A stretch of DNA of 64,000 nt, taken from the human T2T-CHM13v2.0 reference genome, Homo sapiens. The translations under genes were made by a program, and so were the position numbers. Below are positions 29,904-44,432 of this stretch, piece after piece (position 1 is the first letter of the stretch; each line of letters begins with the position of its first letter). The stretch lies in NCBI RefSeq assembly GCF_009914755.1, contig NC_060926.1; one strand, given 5' to 3'. The notes under the pieces are model-generated. The model worked only from the letters and a program-made list of their open reading frames with translations. It ran no database searches and was not told the origin of the DNA.

Positions 29904-31609
29904 TCATCCTATTATTTTGAGTAATTAGACATCCTATCTAGTAATAAGATAAGTAATTTTACTGGTGTCACTTTGGAGGTAACTGGCTTCAGATAAGGTT
30001 ATTGAATTTCATAGTCCATTATTTCAATTTACCTACAATTATCAGGGCAAATATATAGAAGGAACAAAATTGAAAAACAAATAAAAATAAATAAAACAAT
30101 TGTGAGAGCAAATAAACACAAAAACATCCTATCATCGTAGACTTCATTGCCTGTGTATCTTAATGTGAATATCATGTACTGTTTTATCAAGCTTTAAATC
30201 TGAGGAAATGGAATCTGTGAAAACTGCCTAATTTGTTAATTTGCATGTGAAGTATACTGTTACCAGGGAAGGGTGAAAAACGGATTTGGCGCATGTAGTT
30301 TACTAACTCTGAGAGGATAACTGGTGTTAGTTTCTGCTGCTGTAACAAAATTGATTTGGCCTTTATTATACCTCCTATTAGAAAATTACTGTGAAAAACC
30401 GCATACTGAAAATGTGAGAGCGCTTTGTAATGAAGAATACATTTTATGTAGCAAAGCAGGAAGCAGTGACACCAAGTCTTAATGACACTTTATATTCTGC
30501 CAGTGTACTTAGACACAACTTTCTCAACTGCATAATCTAAAGTAAACAAAAATCTTATTCCATTAGGGACACAATTTGACAATTGAATTTTTTGGTGAAC
30601 TTTTGGCATCCATTGAAAGAATTGGCTGCAACCCCAGAGATGGGGTTAATCTTTTTAGGGCATCATTGCCTGGAAAGTGGAGGAGATGACCAAGTCAGGC
30701 TCTAGGAGTAAAAGCATTATCTCTATGAGCTAGAACGAAGGAGTTATTCAACAGTTATCATCTCTATGACCACTTTTTATTCAATTGCAAGAGCACAGAA
30801 AGGATATTATTTTACTCAAGAAAATTGGGGAAAAAATTTACAATCTTAGTATGCTGAGGCTTGATATAATTAAATGATTAAAAGGTAATTAAATAATTAC
30901 CTTTGTATTTTAATAATTCCCTATAGTCTTAGGTCAAATCTATGTGGAAGAATATCACATATCCTAATGCTGACAGTATTTGCTGTCACATCCACCCAGT
31001 TTGGAAAAGGGCTCTTCATTAGGGGAAATAAGTAGTACATTCTTGTACAGTAGTAAATACTTATCATGTAGCAAGACAGAATAAAAATCAATATTAATCA
31101 GACTAGACAAATGCTTCTAGTATAACTGAAATTCTCAAGCCCTAAGCCCTAAGTGTTCTCTTCGGTGCTATTTATTACTAAAACATTTGCTACTTCTGAC
31201 ACCAAATAGTTCTGTAATGTAGGGTCTTTAACTTTTGATATCTTAGTCTGATCATCAGAATACCCAGCTCTATCACTGTATGTGTTCTTAGGGAGAATAT
31301 GAAAATTTTATTTAAAGATCTTCAGCATATACATGACTGCTATTTTCTTACCTTGGCATCCCACAATGAAGCTAATGGAAAGGTTTAGCAATTCTATGCT
31401 GTTGCTCATTTCTCCCTGAAACTTTGACTATTCAGCCCACAATATGTCTACCTGTATGCTCCACTGCCCCACCTTTATGAAGATATGGCTGTATATTTCA
31501 GCTTTTCATTTTTATCGCTAACGGGGACACACCTGTTCCTAATGCTACCTAAGATTGTGCTGGTCTTTGGTACATTATAGAGGTAGGAATAGTATCTAAC
31601 TCCCTTATA

Positions 31610-31830
31610 TTATTAGTGTTTACTACTTTATAGGTATTGAAACTGTTCTGAGTTCTGTACATTTGTTAATTCATTTAATCTTCACAATAATCCTATGAAG
31701 TAGCCACTGTTATTATACACATTTGACAGATTTAGAAGCTGAAACATAAAAAGATTGCTTGCCCATGGGCAGATAGATTCTAAACGGACAGAACTGGTAG
31801 GATTTGACCCCAGCAGTCTGGCGCCATACT
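31610..31830 (-). mobile_element. MIR
   Basis: tcatttaatcttcacaataatcctatgaagtag...ggatttgaccccagcagtctggc. Confidence 0.75.
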
Positions 31831-31849
31831 CCTCCCTTTTTTTACTCTT

Positions 31850-32030
31850 TGGCTCTTAGCTAGCTGGGCAAACTTGGGTAACTTTAAGCTACTCAACTGC
31901 TCATTTTCCTTTTCAAACAAAGAGAAAGAGAGGAATAAGCTCCACCTCATAGAATTGTGGTGAGAATTAAATAATACAATGAATGTAAAATACCTCACTG
32001 ACTGGTACATAGTAAAGTATTCATGTTATT
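31850..32030 (+). mobile_element. MIR
   Basis: cacctcatagaattgtggtgagaattaaataa...tggtacatagtaa. Confidence 0.65.
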
Positions 32031-33918
32031 CTTTTTCTTATTACTATCAAGCAATCAATAAAAGTCAGATGAAGGAATTAACTCATGGAGAGGCATAACT
32101 CAGAATCACTAAGTTGATCCTTCCAGGGTCCATTTTTATTTTTTCTGTTGAAAAGCTCATTTATAAAGAATGGATTCAGTGGTCTAGCTTGGCCTCTTTC
32201 CTGAAAGCATTACGTATAGGGATCAAGCACTCTTATGCTTTCTTCATTAGGCTAAAGAAAAAGCTATTATAACAAAAAGAGATTGCATTTCTATTAAAGC
32301 AATTTTACCACCAAATTAGACATTTTAAAGAATATATAGAATGATACATGGAATGCTATCAGTTGTCAAAACCCCCAATATTTCCAAAGCATATATGAAA
32401 ATAAAAGTCAGAGAGAAACTCATTTTATCATCTTTCAATCCTAATGCCCTGGTTTTCCATTTATTGCATTATGAGATTGACATTATATCATTATCTCTTA
32501 TTGTCACCTTAGCCTTGTAAGCTTTAGATGTTGCTAATGTTATGGTAATAACTGCTACAATTTGCAATTTTCAGTTGTATTAGACCTTGATTCACTTTTT
32601 TAACTACCTCATATAACCATCACTGATTTTTCTTGCAGATAATAACCCCCTTAATGGTTTTTATAAGTAAATATCAGTACAAAATTATCAGAGCAAGAAA
32701 ATCAATATTAGAAAACTTCTTATATTAAAAATAACAGAAATAGAGTAATATTAAAGTAATTCTAAATATTCAAAAATCAAATGCATGAGTTATTTTGAAA
32801 CTAGTGTTAGAAATTTCATGATTTGGAACTTGCTAGTTCACTGTTCTTTTTCGATTTTACTACACTTTAAAAACACTGTAACCTATTTTTAAAAAGTTAA
32901 AAATAATAATACATATGGGATCACCACAGAGCTAGTGTTTTTTAGAATGTTTTCCTGTATTTCACACAAACCATCTCTTTCCTTATAATTAAAAGTTGTA
33001 TAATATTGTTCTTGAAGGAACCATATCATATGTCTTCTAAAAGGCCAGTATGTTGTGTTTTTATTTCTTTTGGTTAAATGGGCCCTAAAGATTTATCAGA
33101 TATTAGGAATATGAAGTGGCACAGCAGACGGTGAAATAGTATATCTTTTCTCAAACTTTTTCCTCAATGCATTTCTACTACCAATCAAAATCCTGCAGTC
33201 CAACCTCCTGTAGGAAATTAAATCTTTGCTAAATAACCCTATTGGCGAAGCTCTTCTATTTCTCATTCCCCCTGCTCCTTCTCTGGCATGCCATTCGTTC
33301 ATCTGATAAATATTTGTTGAGCACCAAGTATGCACAGGCACGGGGTACAGTGATGAATGAGATGCACTTCTACCCACAGAGAACTTAAAATATAGTAACT
33401 TGTCCCTGACTACCTTATATCACTAGTTATTTTTCATGTGCTTATGTCTTACAGAGAGCAAAGACTACAATTTAAAATTATTTTACTTTCTGTATACCTT
33501 TCATCTAGCAAGTGCTCGAGGCATATTTAGTTAAATGAGTGAAGTAGCTCCTATTCAAGAGAGAACAGTTTTGGGGCAATGTTCACCCACTCCTAAGCTA
33601 GAATTATCACATATGGTAAGACATTAGCACATGCCATTCGACTAGCTTCTTAGCTCAGACAGTGGATGACTTTCAAATAAGATAAAATATTAGATCACAC
33701 ACCATGAAGAACTCTTGCAAGGTAACTGCAGCCTCAGTGCATCTTTGTCCATCTGGGTTATGACTCTGTGAAAGTAAGTGTAATGACAGAGTTGAACAGA
33801 CATTCAGATGTTAAGAAGCAACATGCGGTAGGCTAGAGTTTTGAGAAGGAATTAAGGGCCCTCCTCATTGGAGTTTGCATCCTCAGAAGATTGAGGAAAT
33901 ATGTATAAGAAATAATCA

Positions 33919-34230
<312 letters not shown>

Positions 34231-34240
34231 CATTAACGTA

Positions 34241-34690
<450 letters not shown>

Positions 34691-35279
34691 CTAGACCTGA
34701 CTCTGTAGCTCCAGGGAAGCCCATCCTGTGTGTTTTCATTGGTTTATTTTCATTTGTTTGCTCAGAGGAAAGTTTCAGAAGGCATTTCTTTTGGGGCTAC
34801 ATTACAGCCCTTTTAGTTGTCATTTAAAAGAGTATGATTTCAATTTATGACAGACAATCAATCAAGATTTTTGTTTTAAAATGAGCCTATGTGACCTACA
34901 GAGGAAGTGGTGTTAGAGGTGGGACAGTTCTTAAAACTGGAATTTATAAACATTTCAGCTTTACTCCCAAGACAGTGCGGAGCAAGAAGGGTTAGAGAAA
35001 GGAGAGGAAGGAGGTAGGGAAGAGTTGGGTGTTAATTTCTAAACTATAATGTGGTTCCTTAGTCGTTTCTCCTAAAGCAGACATAGTTTTATTGAGGGCC
35101 ATTCATGGGCAAACCTAGACCAAAGCCAGTGACTTCTCTCAAATGGATGTTTATTTCTTTCTCTCTTCCTCGACGGAAAAGAAAAAGCAGAAAGAACAAT
35201 GGGGAGGAATAGGCATGCAATGTCTGATACTGCTTTAGTGTTGGCGAAAAAGGCAGCCTCCCTCCACGCCCACCACAAG

Positions 35280-35447
35280 TACATACACATAAACATATAC
35301 ATGTGACGACATATGCACAAAGACAGGGCAAACACAAGTTTACATACATGCAGGAAAATGGGCACACACATACAAACACACACACAGACATGTGCATACA
35401 AACGTTCACAGATTTACGTGCATATAAGCACACATGCACATATATTC

Positions 35448-35478
<31 letters not shown>

Positions 35479-35494
35479 ACACATACACACACAC
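35280..35494. repeat. Long degenerate (CA)/(TA) purine-pyrimidine alternating tract ending in pure (CA)n
   Basis: Direct reading of the sequence. Confidence 0.9.
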
Positions 35495-35685
35495 TCCATA
35501 GATGACAGATCAGGTATCAATGATCCTAGTCTCTTAAACCCCTGAGCAGGCAGTAGGAGTTTCCCTTTTCCTAGAAACCTAAGCCAGAAGTTCTCCTCAC
35601 AGCCTCATCTGGGCTAGGGTGGAGGTGTGATGTTCTCACAGGCCCTTTCCACCCATCTTTTCTGTTCTTAGAAAAGCCTGTGTTG

Positions 35686-35968
35686 GGCCGGGCGTGGTGG
35701 TTCACACCTGTAAGCCCAGCACTTTGAGAGGCCGAGGCGGGTGGATCACCTGAGGTCAGGAGTTCGAGACCAGGCTGGCCAACATGACAAAACCCCATCT
35801 CTACTAAAAATACAAAAAATTAGCTGGACATAGTGGTGGGTGCCTGTAATCCCAGGTACTCAGGAGGCTGAGGCAGGAGAATTGCTTGAACCCAGGCAGC
35901 GGAGGTTGCGGTGAGCCAAGAATGAGCCATTCCACTCCAGCCTGGGCGACAGAGTGAGACTCCGTCTC

Positions 35969-35997
<29 letters not shown>
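35686..35997 (+). mobile_element. AluS, first of a tandem pair sharing one TSD
   Basis: Full dimer and poly(A); preceded by AGAAAAGCCTGTGTTG at 35670-35685. Confidence 0.95.
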
Positions 35998-35999
<2 letters not shown>

Positions 36000-36017
36000 A
36001 GTAGAGCATTTATATTT

Positions 36018-36331
<314 letters not shown>

Positions 36332-37009
36332 TCATTGTAATATAAAAGATAGTATTTTCTGTGGGCCCTCTGTCAGTCTCCAACTTTGCTTGCCTTTTTA
36401 GCTAACACCCTTTTCTCACATCATCTTTGCTACTGTATAGAGAGGTGTATATGTTGTGAGTGTCTTTCTCATTTATAACAATCCATACTCGTAAACTGTA
36501 TTCCTCCATATTTCCTGAAATGGACTTGAAGTTTAAGGAGAGGTGTTAGAGATGGACAGTTCCAACTAGTTGAAGATCTCCCCAAGCCCCTTTTATGGGA
36601 GAAAAAGAGAAGGAAGGAAGGGAGAAAAGAAAGGAGGTGGAAGAGGAGAAGAAAGAGGGGAGGGAGAAAGCGCTCTGGAGAGAGGAAAGAGAAACAGAGA
36701 GAAATGAGGAGAAATAAGGAGAAACCAAAGAAAATATTTGTGGTCTTCTACTTTTTGCCATTCCCTACACTTTTCTGTTCATCGCCACCTATCCTGAGTA
36801 GTGGCTTGAGGAGCTTTTGAGGGGTTTGAGAGGGAGGTTGGGAAGCTAAGAGCATTCAAGACGGCTTCCCCTCTTCTCTCCTTCATCTGGATTAAATGCA
36901 TCCAGTATGAGGAGGAGGGTGCAGAGAGCTCTCCCTTCCCTACCTACACTAAATAGTAGTGTCCACTTTTCACTGAAAACCCACAGTGTGCAAAGTACCT
37001 AGTTAGGGA

Positions 37010-37150
37010 ATTGATACTATGTTTGTCTCTAATCCTCCCCACAGCCATATACAAGGAGGGTATTATTATCCACATTTTATATATGAGGAAACTGAGGCTT
37101 GAATTAGTGAGGTTAGTGATTCATTCCTTAGCTGTTATATAGCAGAGCAG
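37010..37150 (-). mobile_element. MIR
   Basis: attatccacattttatatatgaggaaactgaggctt. Confidence 0.75.
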
Positions 37151-37399
37151 TTTTTCTATTTTATTTTTATTTAAAAGATTTAATTTAATGAGTAGTAAAC
37201 AGATTAATAGAAATGAATAATAGTTAACTCATGAATGTGGTTTAAGTTTGTAAAGTAAAACAAAACAGAACAGTTTTACTTAGTAGAGGGGTTTTATGAA
37301 AGTACATACTACCCCAGACAAAGAAAAAAGGAGAGGGACTGAATCTGTTGGGTAGGTGAGAGGGGAATGAGAAAAGCTCTGGGGGAAATACTCTATACG

Positions 37400-37678
37400 T
37401 ACATTGTCTAATAGGGTAGCCACTAACCACATGTGGCTTTTGAGCTCTTGAATGTGACAGGTCTGAATTGAGGGGAGCTAAAAGAGTAAAAGACACATTT
37501 TAGTATAAAAAAAGAATGTAAAATATCTAAACAAATTTTCTATTGCTTATATATTGAAATTATAATATATTAGATATATTGCCTTAAAATATTAAAATTA
37601 ATTTTACTTGTTTCCTTTTACCTTTTTAATGTGCCTAATAGAAAATTAAAAGTTACATGTGTGACTCACATTATAGAA
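37400..37678. mobile_element. MER33/MER3-like hAT-Charlie relic
   Basis: tgtctaatagggtagccactaaccacatgtggc...aaaattaaaagttacatgtgtgactcacattata. Confidence 0.7.
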
Positions 37679-39784
37679 CATAAATGTTTATACTTGATTC
37701 CTAACCACCCTGGGCTTCTTCCTAGTGTGGCACTCAGAGAGGAGGATATAGGGACACAGCCAATTCCATCAGAGAAATTCCTCTTTTGTTTGTTTATCAA
37801 ATCAGGTTTCTGATATAAACTTCTTTGAGGGAAAGAATCTACAGCCAAAATGCTTGACAATTCTAGTCTTAGAATATTTTCCATGTACCCTGAAGACGTG
37901 GAATGAGAAGAAGAAACCCAGATACCTTTCTTTTCCTCTTATCACTGTATCCCATGCATTAACTAGAAGGGCCACTAGATCTCTCTATGATTCCCTCTAA
38001 GATGGTGGTGGGCCTGTTTTTTTTTCCTTGTTATTCTGGTATGTCAGGAGTTCATCAAAGGTATATTTGTTACTGAAATTTTACCCCTTTTCTGTAGGTT
38101 GCAGAAATATATTTGTGAAAGGGAATGTCTTTTAAGTATTCCTAATTGATAGCATGGAGAGAACCAAGTTACAGATGGTCTTTATTAGAAATTCCTTCTC
38201 TTTTGGAAAATGTAGACCTCTTTTTCCTACCCCGTTAGCAACAGTGATTGGAGGATGATTGAGTGGTCTCTTGTGGAAATATGTATTTACCTATGTAAAG
38301 ATCAGTTTCAACTCAGCACATTCTTCTTTAACTGGTGGACTAACCTGTAACCTCTAAAGGGTGTTGACATCTCTTCAGTTTATAACTGTGTGTATGTGTG
38401 CATGTGCTCGTGCATGTGTGCAAGAGTGTGCTCTCATGCTCATATTTATGTTTTTAACAATAAATCCAGCTGCTAACTTAGAGAAAAGCTTTTGAAGCTA
38501 CTTTGTAGATTTTAATTTTCTTAAGAATAAATAATAATCCTGGCCATTTGAACAACCCATCCCCCCAAAATGTTAGCACGTGGTCACATACCTGAATGTG
38601 CAAGATGAATTCAATTCAAGGGTGACAGAACTGATCAGAGGAAAGGTAAGAACAAATGCATGCTATGAAAAAGCCATTGATTTCCCTGACACTAATTGTA
38701 ACCAAAAATAACATTGTAACCTCAAAGGGTATTTGTATGTGTTTGTTGTCAGAGGGCAGATATAGGAACCCAAGATAGAGCCCAGACAGTTTCTTAGTTA
38801 GAATATCACCTCTGCTTTTTGAAGTCTTACAATGTTTCTTTCTCTATGGCCTTTTCATTTGGTCCTCCAAAAATGAGGGTCTGTTGAGTTTCCTCTGATG
38901 AGTTTTAGTTGTCCTGTGGAAAGGAGGCATTCTGATGTAAGAAAGTTTTGCTTATCATTAGTTGAATGCACTTTCCATCCTGCAAAATGTTAATCCTCAG
39001 ATCACACCAAAGTGAAGGACAAAGCATAAGTGAGAACAAACTACATCAAGTAATTCTTTCCTCATGTGTCTTTTACCTAAGGCAGATGTGCATACTTGGT
39101 GATACAATTGACACATTCCTCCCTCAAATGTGGGTTTCATACGTTTCTCCATGATCAAAAAGGAAATCATTTTATCTGGAAGTTGTAAGAGAAGCATTTA
39201 TTTTACCATCCTTTTAAAGGCAAGAGTATCTGAAATTTGAGATAAGGAACAAGCCTATAGTTTATGCCCCTCCCTTCCGTTCATCCTTTCCAAAGCACCA
39301 ACAGTTCTAGAGGCCATGGGGATTTATATATAAATAAGTCCCTCTCATGGAATTTATAATCTGTGTTGCTTTGATCCAATCCAAATATAAGCATTAGTAG
39401 CCATGCCACTAAATAAGTCAATTCCAAACAGTTATGCCTGCCCCATCTTTGGAACATGGTGGGAAGTCTCAGGAACAGACAGCAAATGTCTACAATGTCC
39501 ACTGGCTCTTGTATATCTCTAAGGCTTACCATCATGCTTTCTGAAAGTCCCTGCTCTCAGGAACTCACTATGCTCGTTGTAGAATTGTCTAGCATGTTGA
39601 CAGTCTCTTTTCTGTGTGTGTCTAAGTCCTACATGCCATGTGTATCATGGTACCTGTGTGTTGCACTGAAGTGCCATGAGCTGTAGTAGGAAGAGCTTTG
39701 GCACCAAGAGGCAAGAGATATATGTTTTAAACGTGGCTGTTCCAACATGTTGGATCATCTTGCAGAGCCACATAACACTGAGGT

Positions 39785-40226
39785 TTATAGAGTCCATTTT
39801 CATGCTGCTGATAAAGACATACACAAGACTGGGGAAAAAAAAAAAGAGGTTCGATGGACTTACAGTTCTACGTGGCTGGGGAGGCCTCACAATCATGGCA
39901 GAAGGCAAGGAGGAGCAAGTCACATCTTACATGGATGACAGCAGGCAAAAAGAGAGAGCTTGTGCAGGGAAACTCCTGTTTTTAAAACCATCAGATCTTG
40001 TGAGACTCATTCACTATCATGAGAACAGCACAGGTAAGACCCGCACAGGTAAGAACCATCAGATCTTGTGAGACTCATTCACTATCACGAGAACAGCACG
40101 GGTAAGAACAGCACAAGTAAGACTATAATTCAATCACCTCCCGCCAGTTCCTCCCATGACACATAGGAATTGTGATAGTTACAATTCAAGATGACATTTG
40201 GGTGGGGACACAGCCAAACTATATCA
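39785..40226 (-). mobile_element. THE1 (MaLR) LTR with internal tandem duplication
   Basis: gtccattttcatgctgctgataaagacatac...gaggcctcacaatcatggcagaaggcaagg...tgggtggggacacagccaaactatatca. Confidence 0.9.
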
Positions 40227-40345
40227 GTAGAGACAAGGTTTCACCATGTTGGCCAGGCTGGTCTCAAACTCCTGTCCTCAAGCGATCTACGCACCTCGGC
40301 CTCCCAAAGTGCTGGGATTACAGGTGTGAGCCACCGCATCCAGCC
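40227..40345 (-). mobile_element. Alu left arm only
   Basis: gtagagacaaggtttcaccatgttggccaggctgg...gagccaccgcatccagcc; no right arm or tail. Confidence 0.9.
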
Positions 40346-42060
40346 AACCCTTCTCTTTAATTAAGAATACTTCTCTAAGAACCAGCCTGAGTAATTTTGG
40401 GTAACTTCATATGAGTGAGAATATATGTGATATCAGGATTGTGATTATCATACCATTTGACCATGAGTTCCCTTTTCATCTGCAAGTCAAAGGATAGTTA
40501 TTTCTAGGGCCTTTTTCCCTTAAAGACTGGAAAGTCTGTACTTAAAATGAGCAACTCCATTCCTGATTTTTACATTGGACTTAGAATCTCTGATCTTATT
40601 TCCCCAGGGGCAACATTTATGCCACTTGGCTTGAATTTCTTCCTCTTTCCTTCTCTTCATTTCTTCACTATGTCTGCCTTTAAATACCACTTAAGGTAAT
40701 AACTTGTTGCACAGTTACCATTCTTTATTTCTTCTGCAAGAGATGGTCAGATCTTCTTTCTGGCTTCCACAGTCTGGTGAATTTGGGACACATTCATTTG
40801 TTCATGGCCCAAACATTTGCTAAGTGCCTATTATTTCCTGAGAAATGTTAGTTAATGAGCCCTATTCCTTGCTCTTAAGGAGTTTATTTTCTAATGGAAA
40901 AGGTAAACAAAAGCAGGTAATTATGTTACAGTGCACAGTAACCATTAAGAAGAGATGAACATGTGTGCAAGGACCCTAAATGCCTTAGCTGGGTGAAGAA
41001 AAATGGCCACTTTTAAGAACCAAGTTGCAAATGTAGGCCTAGGTGCAGGATTAAGACCATGTTCACTTTGCTCATTAGCCATATTGTCAGTATCTTAAGG
41101 AATACTTGTGGGGTTGGCTCTTTCCTTAGTGGAACATCTTTATTTCTTGTCTACTTTTTATTTCTTATAAAAAAAAAAAAAAAAGGTAATCTAACCTAAC
41201 CTTTTCTAATGTAACCTAACAAGTGTTATTTTTTAAAAGTATTTTTAGGTTCTTTGTGACTACATTTTTGTCTTTCCCTAGACAGTGGCTTCCTAATTAG
41301 ATAACCTGTATAGACAATTCCAAATTTAGCAGAAATTCAACCAAATACATGCTTCACAGTGCAAACACCAGCAACACCTTTCAGCAACACAGTTTGGTGA
41401 AGACATGCCTAGTTGAAAGATATTTTGTGACTTGAGGTTTATTTAAGCTAATAAGTAATAATAATTTTTGGAGCCTGAACAGATCCCCAGTTTTAGCATA
41501 CTTACATCTTCTTTATGTCTCTATGTATTTTAAGTTTCTAAGTAACTGTTCATAGATGTATTTGGAACATGGTTTCCTAGATATTGTCTCAATTCCAATT
41601 CAATATTTATATCTGTTGGAAAGCACATGCACTGGAAAAATGTTTTGGCAACTGTTTTCATTGACTGTAAATCATTTATTAGATAGAGTGTTGTTAAAGT
41701 TGAAATGCCAAAGTTGATCTACCCTATGCTCTTTGACTTTTTGGTTGTTACAGATAAAAAGAGATTACTCTGCTGAGAGTACTAATTTTACTTAAAGGTC
41801 CTTTTGGTTTGCATATTAAATATGTCATTCAGTCTCTCCCAAGTTAAATAGAGTGTGCCCTACTGTTACTTTGAAGTTAAATGAAGTTATTTTCTGTTTT
41901 GGTGCATAAGTAAATATAATCATAACTTACTTTCTTTTTGTAAATGAGGTTAATAAGTGCTTGTGTCAAAAAATAGCCAGTTTATGACATTTTAGTTCAT
42001 TTATTTTAGATATAATTACCAAATCAGTGTTCTGCTTTTTTCTTCAAATAACAAAATGCT

Positions 42061-42371
42061 GGCCGGGCATGGTGGCTCATGCCTGTAAGCCCAGCAGTTT
42101 GGGAGGCCAAGGCGGGTGGATCACCAGGTCAAGAGTTCAAGACTAGCCTGGTCAAGGTGGTGAAACCCCGTCTCTACTTTTAGTTTTAATACAAAAATTA
42201 GCCGGGCATGGTGGCAGACACCTGTAATCCCAGCTACTCGGGAGGCTGAGGCAGAGAATTGCTTCAACTCAGGAGGCGAAGGTTGCAGTGAGCTGAGATT
42301 GCAACAGTGCTCTCCAGCCTGGGCAACAGAGTGAGACTCCATCTCAAAAAAAAAAAAAAAAAAAAAAAAAA
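42061..42371 (+). mobile_element. AluS
   Basis: Full dimer with poly(A). Confidence 0.95.
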
Positions 42372-43611
42372 GGCTTCATGAGGTGTTTTTGTCATCTGTG
42401 ATGGGGAAAGATTGTAGCATCCAACCAAAGAGCTATAAAGAAGACAGTGTTGTACAGTTTATGTCTTGGTCTTAATTCTAAACTTCCCTTCCAATATGTG
42501 CTTATGGATGTTTTAACTCATTTTTCGTTTGTTTGTTTCCACTTTGTCATCTGTTCCCATTCTTTAATATTACTTTCATTTCCAGCTAAATTGTTAAACT
42601 CCAGTTACATGGAGAATATTACCATGGGAAAACATCATTTAATTTATATTCTATCTAGTTCTGGCAATAGCAGTAATACATAATGTAACTTCTCAGTGAT
42701 TCTCATGTCATAATTTAACTAGCTTTGACTTTTACTGGGAGTAAGCACCCTACTCTGGAAAATCCATTTCATAATTTTGTGTCTCAATGCTATCATGTAG
42801 CTAATCAGTTAATTGTAATTACTTCTGCTTAATTCACAAGAATTCTGAAAGGATGTATAATAATAAAATATTTTATCATGGAATTTGTCTCTGATAAGGA
42901 AGTAACCATGAGAAAACCTATTCAAGTGGGAATATAATTCTATAAACCTAACTTCCAAGTAACCAGTCTTTGTTGAATTATAGTGAATTTCCAGATAGCT
43001 TTGTGTCTCAGAGGACATGGGTTGGAGTTCTATAGCTGAACCAGCATTATTTTAGGTATTACATGAGGAAGCAACCATAACAAATTGAACAGGTGGTCCT
43101 GGGAAAATAAGTCTGGAAAAAGTCCAGAGATTGGTGGGGGAAGGGGGATAAAATTTAACTAATGGTCCAATGAAATGTATACTACCCTGGATAGGCATAT
43201 ATCTCTGGTAGCCTCTATTAACATGTAAAATTTGTAAAATTCGCTTGAAGTTTACTGAATATCATTTTGTTTCAAGTTGTTTCACTGAAATAATCAAACT
43301 TGAAGCATCTCTTGATGTAATGATAACTCAAGTTTATATAGTATTTTTTTGTTTTGAATATCAGTTCATCATCTAAGAAATATCTTAAGTCAAATATTAG
43401 TCTATTTTACCACAAAGGAAAATAAAATTTTAATGATAGTAAAGTTATCAACACAAAATAAGAAGAAATAGATCAAATGCAGTGTTATTGTATCAAGATT
43501 TAAAAATATAAAACTGTGAATTAATTTTAAAAAGGAGAAGTTTAGTAGCTCAAATAGATTTACAAAAATAATTGACACAACTCAGGTAGTGATTGAGGTG
43601 GTTTGGCCTTC

Positions 43612-43780
43612 AGTGGTTTACTTCTATGCTACTAAAAGTGTGGTCTGTGGACTAGCACCTGAGAATTGGTAGAAATTATCTGAGAACCCACCTCAAGCTT
43701 ACTGAATTAGAATTTGACAATTGGTTTTAACTAGTTTTTCAAATGGTCCACATGTAATTTAAAGTGTTGGAGGTATTGGC
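43612..43780. mobile_element. MER5A-like relic
   Basis: ctactaaaagtgtggtctgtggactagcacctgagaattggtagaaat...cttactgaattagaat. Confidence 0.6.
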
Positions 43781-43799
43781 TTGGTTAAATGTAATGTTA

Positions 43800-44280
43800 A
43801 TTTTAGTCAGTAGTGCAGCAACATGTCTGCTAAGAAAAATAAAGTAAGCATAGATGGAGTTCATAATCACATGGCATCCAGAGAGAGATAATTGGACTTC
43901 CTATCCTGCTGACTTTGTTCAGTTACGGGCGCTATAAGTTGTGCTTTAAGAACATGCAACAAGGACACCGACCGGGATGGTGACCAATTTTATATAGAGA
44001 ATAACTGAAGAAACAAAACATTTGACCTGGAGAAGAGAAAACAGGAGAGCTATAATTGCTGTGTTCAAAGATTCCAAGGCCTGTCCCTTGGAAGACAGGG
44101 GAGAAGGAGGCAGAAGTAAAGCAATTAATATAGACAATAAACAGGAAAATGTATCTTTTTAAAATCTAAGATGAACTTTGAAACAATTATGTGTGTCCTA
44201 AAAGAGATCTTCCTTATTCTAAGTAGAGAGTTATATTGCTGAATATTTTTAAGTAGAGACTGAAAAACCACTACCTAGAA
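43800..44280 (+). mobile_element. L3/CR1 fragment
   Basis: gggatggtga...catttgacctggagaagagaa...attgctgtgttcaaaga resembles the CR1 3' region. Confidence 0.45.
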
Positions 44281-44315
44281 TGAATCCCCCTGTTAAATGC
44301 TCTCTAAGCTCCTTG

Positions 44316-44393
44316 TCACAAGGTAACAATAGGAGTTGCATTGAATCTATAGATTGCTTTGGGTAGTATGGTCATTTTAACATTATTAATTCT
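44316..44393 (-). mobile_element. Inverted 5' segment of the adjacent L1 (ORF2 fragment)
   Basis: Minus strand encodes RINNVKMTILPKAIYRFNATPI, matching L1 ORF2 RINIVKMxILPKxIYRFNAIPI. Confidence 0.85.
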
Positions 44394-44432
44394 GAAGATC
44401 TTATACAGTATTATTCTGTATAAAGGTATAAA

